From: Massalongia carnosa
Lineage: Eukaryota
Assembly (NCBI GenBank): GCA_965645245.1
Contig: OZ287081.1
Coordinates: forward strand, 806,001-870,000
Length of the DNA stretch: 64,000 nucleotides
Direction of reading: 5' to 3'
This document shows positions 24,702 through 37,573 of the stretch, piece after piece. Within the stretch, counting starts at the first letter, position 1; each line of letters starts with the position of its first letter. A program made the position numbers and the translations under genes. The notes under the pieces were generated by a model, which worked only from the letters and a program-made list of their open reading frames with translations, made no database searches and was not told the DNA's origin.

Positions 24702-26405
24702 ATGTCGAACCAAGCCATTCTACGTATTACGCGAGTAAGTTTAGCGAACCACCATACGGTGCGGCTTGTCTCTGATGGTTGTGTAGGAGCTGGCAGAGAT
24801 ACAGAAGAATTCAGACCTGTGTGCGTTGGCTCACCTTCTTTGCTGCTGCAAAGCTGATTTTCGCCGAAGCAATCGCCGTAGTCTGTCGCGACGTGGATGT
24901 TCGAAATGTGAAAGCTTTGATCATCGGCCCACCAGACACGCCCTACGAATTTGGTTTCTTCGAGGTACGTGGAGGGGTATGAGTTCTATAGAGGCTGGAC
25001 CGTTAACGGCTGCGCGATAGTTTGACGTCAACTTTCCTAAAGGTGATAAAGACGCCTTTACAGACGGAAAGAGGGTCTCATTGACTCGATTAGAGTATCC
25101 TGCTAGCGCCCCAGCAGTCAGTGCACTGACTACCAACGGGGGAAGGTGTCGATTCAACCCAAACATCTATGCCGGAGGTAAAGTCTGTCTGTAAGCTCGT
25201 TCTTCGTCGTCAGTAACATTGATGCTACAAATGCTAAGTAAATCATCAGGTCAATTCTAGGGTAATCTCAATCGTCATGTGTTTGAAATCCCTCAACTAA
25301 ATACCCTATCAGCACGTGGAGAGGCGAACGGGGGGAGGAATGGTCGTCCGCGCAAGGGCTCGAGTCAATCTTGATATCAATCCAAAGCTTAATGTCCTCT
25401 AACCCATACGAGAATGAGCCTGGTTTTGAGAATGCAAATTCCACCGAAGACAAAAGGAATATTGCTGACTACATTGCCAAGGTACTTTGCGCTGACATTC
25501 ATATATTTTACCTGCTAACAAATCCATTCTAGATCAGGCACGAGACCTTGAGGATCTCAATTATCCAACGATTGGAAGACTTTCTAGGCATTCACTCAGA
25601 TGGCAGCGTTGATGACCTTCCTCCCCTTGATGGTCCTCCTCGAACTGAGTTTGATGAAGAACTTGAGTTTTTGGAAGCACCTTTTGAGCCTTTTAAAGAC
25701 CTATGCAAGCGCCGTTTTCTATGGTATTACGACTCGTATATGGCCTCAATCAATAAAGCTGAGAAGACTGTCAAGGAAAATGAGGCGTTCGTGACTATGC
25801 CCTTCGAAGGTGGAGGCAATACGATGGCAGGCAAATATAACTACGCGGAACTGAGGCGCAGACTCAGCCTGATCTACACCGTTCTAAATCGAGAAACTCA
25901 TCACTGGATCAACGAAGGACTGATGCAACTCCAAAAAGAAACTAGCCTTGCGTCAAGTTTGGAACGACAGTTCAAGCATGTTGTGGAGGTCTATAAGAAA
26001 AACGACATGGTGACTCTGGACATCGCCCTTCACGACAACAACCCCTTTGTTTGGCTGCTCACCTATTTCGGCCGGCCAATGACCCATCTTGACGGTGGCA
26101 TGTTCCGTATTAGAATGTCTATAAGCCCACGATTTCCCGACGAACAACCGCGTGTTATTTTCGAGACAAGCATGTTTCACCACCGCATCTCTAAAGGCGG
26201 CGTTCTGTGCTACTTCCCGAAACGTCCTGATAATGTGAAATCACACGTTGAGGCCATCATCGAAGCTCTCGAAGATCCCGAGCCCCCGTATGATCCACGC
26301 ACCCTCGTGAACCCCGAGGCGTCAAAGCTGTTCTGGGGATCGGTAGATGACAAGAAACTTTACCACCGCCAGTTGCGCCGAGCGGTTCAGAGAAGCGCCG
26401 ACTAG
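24702..26405 (+). CDS. Ubiquitin-conjugating enzyme, UBE2Z-like, with a second C-terminal UBC-like domain; about 8 exons including micro-exons
   Basis: Spliced translation: [85 protein letters not shown]. Last exon has GRPMTHLDGGMF..FPDEQPRV..FHHRI. Confidence 0.88.
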
Positions 26406-28001
26406 CAGCGTCACCGACCTTGCGTGAGTTGATGGATATCTGGTATCTCCCAAGGTTTACTTTCAGTGCTTTTCGGTTCTCATTCTGGCGTTCAGAGTAT
26501 TTCGGTGGCGCGGCGGAATACCCCGTTTGGTGGTCTCCGTATGGATCGAGGGCGTTGGAACAGGTTATCAGAATCTGTATGGAAGCATTGCAGGAGAATC
26601 GCAGAGTAGAAGGAAGGTCACCGAGATAATGATCGTTCATGGCCACGACCATATTGAAACCCCTGTTACCCAACTATTTTAGGCGCTTTTGTTCCTCCAC
26701 CCTCCGGCCGCTTATACCATAAGCCCGGCGAATACATGACCGACGCTGGGTCAATTTCCCAAAGGGTCTTTTTACTAGGAACGGGGTGGGATTTACTGCG
26801 TGCCATCTGTGCTTTATTACAGTGCCTGTTTTCGCATGTAAGACCGTCATGCCGTGCGATGGCGATTTTAAATTTTAAATTTTAAAAAAACTCCGATAAT
26901 CAGGTATCTCCATATCATCTTCGTTGCAAGCATTCCCAATCTTATGGAAGACGTCCATTCTGTGATACATCTTACAGGAGATTAGGGCGTGCCGAGCACC
27001 TTGTCGATCTAACCCTATCCAGAGGTACACCTATGTATGCCCTTGATGCTTTTTGACAATCCACCCTGCAGCGCATTACTCTCTGTACAGAGGCAGGGAA
27101 AGAAAGTATAGATGTTGCAAGCATTGACACCATGGGCAACCCACACACAAGATCCCCGGAATGCTTCACACCGGTAGTCACTTCAGCATGATTATCGTCC
27201 GACCATATCCGACCGACCGTCATGCCGGGATTTTTGAGTCGAGTCACTCGCTCTCGTTCTTTGCCCGGTCGCAGTTTGATGTTCGGAAGGCGATGATGGA
27301 GATAGGTAGATAGGTCGATAGGTCGATAGGTCGATATGAAGGCAGCGTGGCGTAGCGAATGAGGGACCCGTAAATCCGTAGCAGCTGCAACATGAGTTTG
27401 GTTTTTTTCGGATCGCTGCGTAACGCTAGTTGAGATTTTACCCCCCGGGCTCTGTACGCCCATTCTCTCTCCGCTCTTATTATGTAACGTTGCACGAGTG
27501 GAGAAGCTAAAGGAAAGTAATTCGTATTTTAATCTCTAACTACATACGGACGGTACGGTATGTCTCCTTCGTACAGGGGGTTAATCGCACCTGCTCTACC
27601 GATACTTCATCTTGACTTCGCTCATTCATACAGAAACATCCCGAGCCTCAGAATAGATCCACATGAGACCAGCTCATCCACCAGTTGGAGGAAAAAATAA
27701 CCCACAACCTTTCCACCCGTTGAACCGCTCGATTTGTATCTAGTCGCGTTTACCACTAATCAGCAAGCGTTGGGCCCCCGTCCCGAATCGTCACCGCATC
27801 CGCAACCTGGCTTCTCCATCCACAACCCAGGTGTCGACTGGATCGCAACGTCGGCGACGAGCCTCATCGGCGGCTAAAGGCAATCCAACGTTGAATTTAC
27901 ACGACCCACACTCATCGAAGAACCTTCCAGGAGCCTCGTCGGGGCTCCCGGCGAACGGCTTTGCTCAGCCGTTGCCCACAATTCCTGGCACGCCATCATT
28001 T

Positions 28002-29517
28002 ATGTCTCTATCGCGATCGCCCTCCCCCAGACGAGGTGGAGGATGGTCAACCCCTGGTTTGACAATCCAATATGATAGCGTCAGCGGGAGGGCCAGCCCC
28101 AGGCCGGGCTACGCAGAATTCCCTTTCAACGCAGGAGCAAGCAACGACAGTGTGACTTGGGCTTCCGCAAAAGCAAGAAGTGAAGAAGTTAATGGATATC
28201 CGTCGTTCTCAACGCAGAACAATGGTTTCTTCTCCAGGCATGCAAGGCAACTCTCAAGAAGTTTGCCCACTTTCAATCTAAGGGGCCGGAAAGATTACGC
28301 GGAGAAGGAAAAGCTTGGGAGAGGAAGATGGGCTTCCCATCGTGGAGGCAGAATTGTGCCATTTGTTGGGAGAACGATTTGGCGGATGAGGTTACGAATA
28401 ATGCTTGCGTTTGCCCTTGTGACGGCGGTCGTTCTGTTCTATATTACTCGTAAGTGCTATCTGCCGTGATACTCCGGCTGAGACTGATCGTGGCCGCAGC
28501 TATGCATCGTGTATATCGAAGATCCGCAATGCTCGGCGGCGGAAGTAAGTTTGTATTGATTTTAGCCGCAAATCAAGGTGGTGGGGTGATGGAATGGAAG
28601 GGGCCTCGAGAATGGGCTATTGAGAGAGACAGCGTGAAGAACAAGAAGAATTATGCGAAAAAATGGGGGTACGATTTGGAGATTGTGGATATGAGCACAA
28701 AGAAGCGATATGCTCACGAATGGCGGGAAAGTTGGGAGAAAGTTGACACCATTCGGAACTGCCTAAGAAAGTATCCGAAGGCGGAGTGGTAAGTGAACCG
28801 TTCTCCCTTCCCGAGCGGCTTTGCTAACACCAATCCATCAGGTTTTGGTGGCTTGACCTTAACACGTTTATCATGGAACCTTCTTACTCGCTACAAAGCC
28901 ATGTTTTCAACCAGCTCGCCAGCAACACTTACCGCGACATTAACGTCTACAATCCACTGAATATCTCCCACCCCTTCACCGCCCCTCACCTTGACCCCGA
29001 CGCCCGTTCAGCCGTTGGCGATGGGAAGACAGAATCCATCGATCTCATCATCCCCCAGGATTGCGCTGGATTCAACCTTGGGTCCTTTCTTATTCGACGA
29101 AGCGCTTGGACCGACCGCTTGCTCGATATATGGTGGGACCCTGTTGGTTACGAGCAGAAGCACATGGAATGGGAGCACAAGGAACAGGATGCCTTTGAGC
29201 ATCTATACATTAACCAGCCCTGGATCAGGCCGCATACCGCGTTCATTCCCCAGCGAAAGATCAACAGCTTCCCCACCGGGGCGTGCGGCGAGAATGGAAT
29301 CGATTCGAGGATTCACTATCAGGAGAGGGACCGTGACTTTTTGGTCAACATGGCCGGGTGTGAATGGGGCCGAGATTGCTGGGGAGAGATGTACAACTTC
29401 CGGGAGCTGAGCAACAAGCTTAACCGAACGCCTTGGGAGAAATTCAAGGAGGGGTTAAGTGCGCGATACAAGGCTTTGAAGGCTACGAGCAAGGAGGAGA
29501 AGAAGGAGGGATCGTAA
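28002..29517 (+). CDS. MNN10: Golgi alpha-1,6-mannosyltransferase subunit, GT34 family (3 exons)
   Basis: Type II TM helix, ILAANQGGGVMEWK, YAHEWRESWEKVD, WFWWLDLNT, QDCAGFNLGSF, HMEWEHKEQDA, FLVNMAGCEWGRDCW. The start may lie further upstream (see findings). Confidence 0.88.
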
Positions 29518-31008
29518 TGGACGTGCAAGCTCACGCTTACGACTCGGTGCGAAGCTGGATTTCCCAACGGCGAAAAGCGCCGCCGGATCCTGGCCATCTC
29601 AAGGATACCGGCTTTTTTATCAGGGGAGACCTTGGAAGGGGCGGAAACCGCCATCTATTAACGTCACATCATCTCTTGGTTGTTTCGTGTTGGTTTGTTT
29701 GGTTGTGTGCATTCGATTCTATTGTATTCCAGATACCTGGATCAGGCGCCTATTGCAAATTTTAGATTTTGGAGTGTGTTTTATCGTTACAAGGTCTAGG
29801 AGGAAGTAGCAGGTAGGGTACTCGGTATGTTTTGTTAGGTATAGCAGCTTTGGAGGCACAAAGGCTTGATGCCTTGAGTGAGAAGCACCGGGCAGGGTGC
29901 TGTTCATGTTCTTTCCGTGCAGTGTATTTCTGGGGGAGAGGAGGTATATCACATATCTCAATTGATCACATCTGGTTTCGGCTCGGTAGGTGCTTTGTAC
30001 TCTATATTGCTATTATGTACGTAACCACTCCATACTCAGTTGGCAAGTGTAGGTAGAGTCTCGATGACTCACAGGTTGTTATACGAGTACTTATTTATCT
30101 ACTCTGTACCTATAAATAAGGAAAACAAACCGGAGTCGGAAGCAGGTTAATCCAGCCTGGCCTGCGCAACCCTAAGCGCCACCATTTCGGCATCCTCTCA
30201 CATGACACCGTGACTGTATCGCGTCTGAGTTGGTCTGATTGGCGATCAGCGATGCAGGGGCCTAGCAGAGTCAATTTCTTGCGTCACCCACTCATCGTGT
30301 TTCCACTAGAAACCCCAACTTCAGCGGCTAAGCTGCAAAGTGGTAGCAACCTGTTCGAGATCTCCAGCCTCTAGCCAATCACAATGCTTCTGCTCATCAT
30401 TGATGAGAGAGGCTCTGGGCGCCTTTGGCAAAAGCACCCACAGGCGAAGAAGCCAAAACAACCTCATTGGAAGGTCGCTGATTTGTTAATAATGCCGAGC
30501 CCGCGGAACTGCGAGTCATGTTGGATTCAGTGGATTCGAGGGAGATAAAGGAATTTGCCCATGAGTGGCTAACGAACTCGACGCTGTGTTTGGGTGCCTG
30601 GCTGCTTGAATTTGTCTCATCCAGCTTGAAGCTGATCGATGTCATTGTTTGGGACCTACCCTCCTGCATTTCATACTTGGATTTTTGCTGACAATCTTCG
30701 ATCCATCCTATTGTTGTGTTCTCGTCAATATAAACGTTGCTGCATCAGACAATAGGATCTCGTTGACATTTCATCAATAGCCGCCAACTCGTTTATGACA
30801 ATAGGAGTGACAATAGGAGTGTTTCCAAGCCAGCAATAAACGTGCTTCATCCAAACTAAACTTGTTCACGAGTATCTAGCTTCACTCCATAGAAAATAAC
30901 CATCCTCATGGACATTTTGAAAGTGAGCTAGCTCTGAAGACTCATAGGTCTGCTATCGAAACTGCTAATGACGATGAACTAGGAGTTACTCCAAATACTT
31001 TAATAGAT

Positions 31009-34000
31009 ATGACTTCAAAAGTCGAACCAGTGGAGAAGGCTCGACCTCATATATTCCCTTTATCCCAGCCTAATCCTCCTATGCCTTTCTCATCGCCTAT
31101 GGGTGAAGAAATACTTCCCCCCACTTCACCAAATCTTCTGCAAAGCCCGATACGAAGTCGACGGAAGAACATCAGAGGTGAAACAGGGCAGGAAAACACT
31201 CCGCCGCGGAATCGCAGGTTCTCGGTCCAAAAGCCTCCAAAGCGGGATTCTGCGTGGAAGGAAGAAAAGGGACAAAATAAATCTCGATGGCCTGGATTAA
31301 ACGTCGTCACCAATTTCTCGAAACCTCCGATCCTTGCTCACCGAGCTGCCGAAGCTGATCTGAGAAATCATGTGCGGAGAAAAGAGCCCAAGCCGTCAAA
31401 TCCTCGGCTGGAATCCGTAACATTATCTAAGACGAAGGCACTTGAAGACTTGAAGACGCATAAGCGCAACAGAAGCTCAGGAGAGCAAATCATGAAGTCA
31501 GAAGGGGAACTGAAGTTTCGTGTGGAACGCGACAAGGCGAGGGAGAAAGACTTGCCTGCCGGACTGGGATTGGAGCCGTTCGTGGATTCTCTTGACTCGA
31601 GTTCTCATCTGTTCGTGGATGGTAAAAGTCGAGTGCATAGCCTGAGACGTTCCTCTACCAAAATTACCGAATTATCCCCATCCGATGCGCCAATTATGAT
31701 TGGGATTTCGATACCTTCAGCGAAGCTTGCGGAGCATTCGATAAGCCCAGATGCTGGGCCTGTTGGCTTAAGCGCTCATCGATACCCCTCCGAGCGGGAC
31801 GCTCCGGGAACGCCGACCATTATCGTGACCCCCGCAAAAGATGGAGAGCCCTGGTCGAGCGATTCATACCAAGTTCGGCGGGCTGCAGTGTCAAGTATCT
31901 ATTCGCAAGCATTCCAGCACGGTCGGGGCGTGGCTCAACCACGGGATATCCCCCCATTACCTGTGCCTTCGCAAACGTCCTTTCCATCTAAATACAATCC
32001 TCCGATAAATCCATTTGATGATGAGACTGGCAACGTATCACCTTCAAGGATAGTGTCATCTTGCACTGTTTTCGACGAAGATGAAATTCGAGGCAGACCT
32101 GATTCCGGGGAGTCTCAGCTGAGAATTCTCAAAAGAACAAGCACGGATACAATAGCAACACGACATCGGTCTGAAGGATGGTGGAATCACATACTATCCC
32201 CCTTTGCTACACGGGCAAATACGATGATGCTCAAAGTCGGTACGTCGGAAGCAGGTAGCCCGGTACCTGCATTACCGACTCCTACGACAGGAGGATTACT
32301 CCACCGTGGCCTTGTCGTGAAAGAGGCCAACCGAGACTCTCCCTCTCCAATGTCAGATCCTGAAGAGAGGGTGAATCACCATTCCAGCATCTGGACTGAT
32401 ATCAGCAAACTGGAAGTCGAGGGCCGAGATATTCACCGTGCCTATAAACAAATCTCTAGTCCGCGCACACCTGGGTCAGATCACACGGGAGAGGTAGGAA
32501 AAGTAAGTGCCTTGAATACTCCCCTACCTTTCGAGGGGTTTGGAGCAGCCGCAGAATATTATAATGCTTGCTGGCATGATCAAAATAGCCCAACTCCTTA
32601 TTTCAAGTGTCAGAACCATTCCTGCGGGCCATCAACCACCGATCAACGCATCATCCTTGAGGCTGAGGATGATGGGGACAGCTTTAAAGGGATAGTAGAA
32701 GATCCGGCTGCAAAACGTGATCTCTCAGAGCCCGAGCAAAATGCCGAAGCGCATGGGTTCCACCAGGCACCTGCAAATCGATTCTCTGCTGCTTTTAGTC
32801 AGGCAGCTCAATCAAGACCAAAGACAAGGCCTTTGAGTGACGTGACTGATATTGAAGATCTTGACGCTACTCCAGAAGTCCACGAAGCTCACATGGCGCC
32901 TATTGTTCGCGTAGGTGCGCCAATTCCCGCTGCTCAACCACCTGCATCAGATGCTGCCCCCCGGGCTCAGTTGCCAGATGCTACGATAGTAAACCCACCG
33001 AAGGCAGAGGAGATTTCACCTTCACAAATCTTATCGAAGCAGCTCCCAGCATACTCGCCTTCTGGCTCGCAGAAACCGCCAAAACGATCCGTTGCCGTAA
33101 TGCATCCAGCAGAGCGCTCATTGACCCCGGAGCAACCGAACGCTGAAATCTCTTCACTCTTCAAGCCACCGGTAGAAGACGGCCCCCAGCAGGAGAAGGT
33201 ACCTGTGGTCGATGCTACCCGCGAGGACCAAACACAACGTCCGCAAAACACCTATATTATTAACCATTATTATGATGACTCCAACGGAAGGGTGCAACGC
33301 GAAGAGGTTGCCTTGGCAGACTTCGAACCCCCACCACGAGCCGAGCGCTCCACGAAAGGCATTTCTCGTACGAAACGAGAGAAGGATAACTATCATCACC
33401 GAGAGCAGAAGCCAAGAAAGGGCTTAAGATATGGCAATTGCTTCAAGCGGGAGAAACCAATGACCAAGAAGAAGAAAGGATTGCTTCTCGGTGTCGCGAT
33501 CAGTCTACTCATTCTAATCATTCTCATCCTCGCTCTTACCATGACTTTGACCCGCAAAGGAGATCAGATGCTTGTTCAGACGCAGTGGCTCAACATCACG
33601 GGATTTCCTCCCATACCAACTGGCATCTCGACTATCATCCAGCCAGATGCGGTACAAGAGAGCTCTGCATGCGTGCAACCTGCGACTGTCTGGAGCTGTG
33701 CAGTGCCAAAGGAAGAGCAGCAATCGGTAGCTCCAAACGATCCAGACCAACCCAATTTCCGGGTGGAGATCAGATTTCGCAACGGCACGTCTGCAAACGG
33801 TACTGCATCTAGCGCTACGAGATTAATCAAGAGGTCTCTGACGCCGAACAACCCCGCTTCTGCTGGCAATTTTGTTCGCCGTCACATTATACAAATCCGA
33901 GACTCCTTCAGCAATTCTCTTTTCTCTCCTTCTCCTTCCCCGCCGAGCGAGGAAGATCAAGTCTTCCTTGGCAACACCACCGACAAAAACGCACTTCCTT

Positions 34001-34803
34001 TTGATGGCGAAACCACTCCCTTCTTCATGAGCTTCCTCTCCTCTTCTAAAATACCCTCAGCTCAACGACTAATGAAGCGCGTTGACAAGAACACCTCGGA
34101 TCCTTTCCCAGACCTCACCAAAGCCATTCCTCCCCCTGAAACCAATCCTGACGGCACCGCCGCTTCCGCCAATCTCCTTCCGTTTCCCGCAGCTCAACCT
34201 CTGCGCCTCTATGACCGTGGTCTCACGACCGAACACTATGGATTTTACACCTACTACGACCGCTCCATTTTTCTAAAATCCACCGCTCTCCTTAACGATT
34301 CGTCTCCCTCCGTCGGTGATATTCCAGACGATCAAGAAGGTGGTGCGCTGGAGGCTGCTGCTGCTGTTCGCTGTACGTGGGCGCAAACTCGCTTTCTAGT
34401 ACAGATTTGGACCAACCAGGGCGCTGCCGCCCTTTTAGGTAACTCGACAGCCGCCAAGTTCAAGCAGCAGCAGCAGTCGAAGAATCTCACCGAGTCTTCC
34501 GCCAACGACTTCTCTCGTCCGGGATCCTTCCCGTACCCAGTCACCATTACGCTCGATAGGCACGGGGGCGATGTCAGTAAGAAACTTATTTATTGCTACG
34601 GACTCGACAATCGGGAACATATCCTTCCCGAGCGGAAGAAGGTGCAGCTTGAGGATCGCGGGGCAGGCGGGGCCTTGGTCAATCCGGCGCAAGGCCCATT
34701 TGCAACGACGAAAGTTGGGAAGAATGATGGGGGACCGGGAGGAGTAGATGGGGGGAGTGGGGGTTGCGGATGTCGGTGGAAGAATTTTGAAGGGGGCGTG
34801 TAG
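31009..34803 (+). CDS. Large type II single-pass membrane protein, 1264 aa, function unknown
   Basis: Intronless ORF with a long disordered N-terminus, KKKK followed by the TM helix LLLGVAISLLILIILILAL, and a Cys- and N-sequon-containing C-terminal domain ending GGCGCRWKNF. Confidence 0.82.
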   Translation: MTSKVEPVEKARPHIFPLSQPNPPMPFSSPMGEEILPPTSPNLLQSPIRSRRKNIRGETGQENTPPRNRRFSVQKPPKRDSAWKEEKGQNKSRWPGLNVVTNFSKPPILAHRAAEADLRNHVRRKEPKPSNPRLESVTLSKTKALEDLKTHKRNRSSGEQIMKSEGELKFRVERDKAREKDLPAGLGLEPFVDSLDSSSHLFVDGKSRVHSLRRSSTKITELSPSDAPIMIGISIPSAKLAEHSISPDAGPVGLSAHRYPSERDAPGTPTIIVTPAKDGEPWSSDSYQVRRAAVSSIYSQAFQHGRGVAQPRDIPPLPVPSQTSFPSKYNPPINPFDDETGNVSPSRIVSSCTVFDEDEIRGRPDSGESQLRILKRTSTDTIATRHRSEGWWNHILSPFATRANTMMLKVGTSEAGSPVPALPTPTTGGLLHRGLVVKEANRDSPSPMSDPEERVNHHSSIWTDISKLEVEGRDIHRAYKQISSPRTPGSDHTGEVGKVSALNTPLPFEGFGAAAEYYNACWHDQNSPTPYFKCQNHSCGPSTTDQRIILEAEDDGDSFKGIVEDPAAKRDLSEPEQNAEAHGFHQAPANRFSAAFSQAAQSRPKTRPLSDVTDIEDLDATPEVHEAHMAPIVRVGAPIPAAQPPASDAAPRAQLPDATIVNPPKAEEISPSQILSKQLPAYSPSGSQKPPKRSVAVMHPAERSLTPEQPNAEISSLFKPPVEDGPQQEKVPVVDATREDQTQRPQNTYIINHYYDDSNGRVQREEVALADFEPPPRAERSTKGISRTKREKDNYHHREQKPRKGLRYGNCFKREKPMTKKKKGLLLGVAISLLILIILILALTMTLTRKGDQMLVQTQWLNITGFPPIPTGISTIIQPDAVQESSACVQPATVWSCAVPKEEQQSVAPNDPDQPNFRVEIRFRNGTSANGTASSATRLIKRSLTPNNPASAGNFVRRHIIQIRDSFSNSLFSPSPSPPSEEDQVFLGNTTDKNALPFDGETTPFFMSFLSSSKIPSAQRLMKRVDKNTSDPFPDLTKAIPPPETNPDGTAASANLLPFPAAQPLRLYDRGLTTEHYGFYTYYDRSIFLKSTALLNDSSPSVGDIPDDQEGGALEAAAAVRCTWAQTRFLVQIWTNQGAAALLGNSTAAKFKQQQQSKNLTESSANDFSRPGSFPYPVTITLDRHGGDVSKKLIYCYGLDNREHILPERKKVQLEDRGAGGALVNPAQGPFATTKVGKNDGGPGGVDGGSGGCGCRWKNFEGGV

Positions 34804-36766
34804 AGCTGGGTTGGTTCTGGTTTGGGGGATATCTTTTGAGCGGATTGGACGAATTGGAAACGATCGAGGTGCATTGGATTCGATTGGCCTTTTTAGGTCC
34901 GCAAGAGTCGGCTCACGGCAAAGTATGCAATTGATGATTAGCGTGACGTGGCGATTTGATTTCTCTCGGCCTCGAGAGCTCCTTGAGGGTCTCTTTCTTT
35001 CCTAAAAGAACCATAAAAGCAAACTTGGGATGACTTTAATATATATACACCTACATAGATGGACCACTTACGAAAGTAGAAAAGTAAATAAAACAAAACA
35101 AAACAAAACAAGAGCCGTTCACCCCTCCCTCTAACTACACATTTCCCACACACATATTCCCCTTTTTTGTCTTTCCTTTTCTTTCCCCCCTCTTCTCCTT
35201 CCCGATCTCCCCTAAATTCGTCGCTTCTTGGGTGTTTTCGTCGTCGTCGTCGTTGCTTTCTTTTCTTCCTTCTCTCCTCCCTTCCCCTGTTATGTATTTA
35301 TGTGTGTATTTATTTAGTTGGTTGGCTGGTTGCTTGCTTGCTTTCATGTTGCTTTGCTTTTCCTTGTCTTTGTTTTCGCTTCCGGTTTCTTGTTCTTTGA
35401 TTAGTTGATTGATTGATTGCTTGGTTTCGTTGGTTGACCTTTTTATCCCTTCTCTTTTGTCGTTGATTGGGGGGGTTTTTTTCGTTGTGTATCGAGTGCT
35501 ATTGTTATTATTTTCATTATCATTATTGTTATTGCTGTTGCTGTTACAGTTACTGTCATTGCTATCGATGGGGGTTGGAGAGGGGATCGTGTCGCATCTT
35601 GGGAAAATGAAAAATGAAAAACTTTTATGGACGGAATTTTGGCCAAGTTGGCTTTTAAAGCCTCGAGCAGAGAACGGTGCTGCTGCTGCTGTTGAAGAAG
35701 CTGATGATCATAATATCGAGTTTAGGAATGATGATGCTACCGAAAATCTTCAAGAGAAAGTTGCTTTTTTCGGCCTTCTTGTCTTCTGATGAATCTTGTG
35801 CCATCATGCGAGCATGCTTGCTTACTGCCAGCTTTTTACAAGTGAGAAAGTTCAACGGAAATATGCTATTCTCCAACAGCTTTATAAATCTTTCGGCGAG
35901 CTCATCTTTTTCTAGATATCAAGGCATAAATTATTAAATTGCCGATATTACCCATCCAAAGATGCTGAATAGAAGAGAAAAGACAGAAGGCACAGGTAGG
36001 TGTATCATCCGACTGATACGTCATAAGTATTCTTTCGGTTCTCAAGTGATGATGTTGGAAGCCCGGCCGGTAGGAAGGGTGAGTGATGTCTTGCTCCTGA
36101 GCCCTGGGGTTGCTGGAGTAGAGGGCTATGCTTTGAGAGCGGAAACAATTGTATTATGGCGTTCATAGTCTGTTACTAAGGTAGAAGAAACTAGGTAAAT
36201 CATACCTAGGTAGCCGCAACATCGACGAGGCAACCGCCTGGCCTTTTCTTAACGTTTTTTTGTTGGGCAGCTTGGAACGGTTGATACTGGTAGTCTAACA
36301 TCTTCCTTCCTTTCTCCCCTCTTTTTGAAGTTAGCATTGATAAGTACAACAATGGTTAGTATGATGATTGGCATACAAATACTCGGCCAGCCTGTTGGTA
36401 TGTACTTACTAATGTTGAACTACTGCAGACAAGGTAACAACGTTGCTCCTATCATAGATCATCGAAATATATTTGGAGGCTGCACTGAAATGGTGGCTGT
36501 CGGACAAAAGTTTGCAGCCTGCAAGGCTACAGCACTATTGTGCCCTGGCTTCCAAGCACTGCAGGGCTCAGCATGCAAGCAAGCGACTGACATCGTTCTA
36601 CGTGTCCAAGCCCACCTTATCTGGCATGCACAACTATTCCACTCGTCAGAATGTTATATCTACCGAGAATTCCCAAGTCAGTCGGTTAAATTCCGAACGT
36701 AAGGTACAATAAGCACCAGCCTCTTCCTCCAAATCGGCAAAAAAAGTCTCAAAAAGTGAACCAGCA

Positions 36767-37309
36767 ATGGCGCCTTTGCCTACGGTGCAAGGCTCCGATC
36801 AACCGGTGTTGGTACGGCAGATTTTGTCGAAACGGTATCTAGTCAACAAGAATGATCTGCAGGTATTCCTCGAGACCAAATTCCCAGGGAGGAGGGATTT
36901 CGAGATCAGCGTCTGTGAATCCCACTCTTGCTTTGAATTAGAGAGTTTTATCTTTTTGCCTCCACTGAAAGCTGACCAACATGTCTAGACCAAGAACGGG
37001 AGATGGATTTTCATGGTCCCCAAAAAGCTTTCCGCTGCTGATATTAGGTAGATGCTCCTCTGGTTTTCGATATTTATCATAGGTACTCGCTTTCATGCTA
37101 GCAAAAATATGCTGACTCTATGGATGAACTGCAGGTGTCTAATCGCAGAAATTCAAGCAAGAACCGATCGTGAAAGAGCCGACCGTGCTACGAGCCTAAT
37201 TGGCTTGGCGGGCGTTGCCACTGTTGCGAGGGTTGGCGATGATTCACACTATGAGGCTGATTTGGCAAGGCTGGAACGACGGGGGTGGGTGGACGAAAAG
37301 CTGCAGTGA
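36767..37309 (+). CDS. Small hypothetical protein, 125 aa (exons 36767-36910, 36989-37047, 37135-37309)
   Basis: Two GT-AG introns with GCTGAC branch sites give an open frame: ..RQILSKRYLVNKNDLQVFLETKFPGRRDFEISTKNGRWIFMVPKKLSAADIR.. Confidence 0.65.
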
Positions 37310-37573
37310 AAGGACCCGCAAGTATTGGTGGTCTGCACAAGAAAGACATCCCAAGTGTAATTGGTAAACGGTAGGATTGTGCATGAACACTGCGTGATTG
37401 GTGTTGGAAGCTGCAGGCGTTCAGGAACGCCATTTATCCAGATAAGGAGCCTGGCCAAGGGCTTTCTTAGTCAGAATCAGCCACAAAGTGATCAACCTTG
37501 CATTGAATAGCCTTCCATAATCACCTTTCTTATATCAGGATTCGTGGAAAGACCCCACAGTTGAAAGAGTATC

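Noticed and set aside
35135..35937. Several short hydrophobic ORFs
   Set aside because: Low-complexity T-rich and trinucleotide sequence. A gene relic near 35655-36020 is possible but unsupported.
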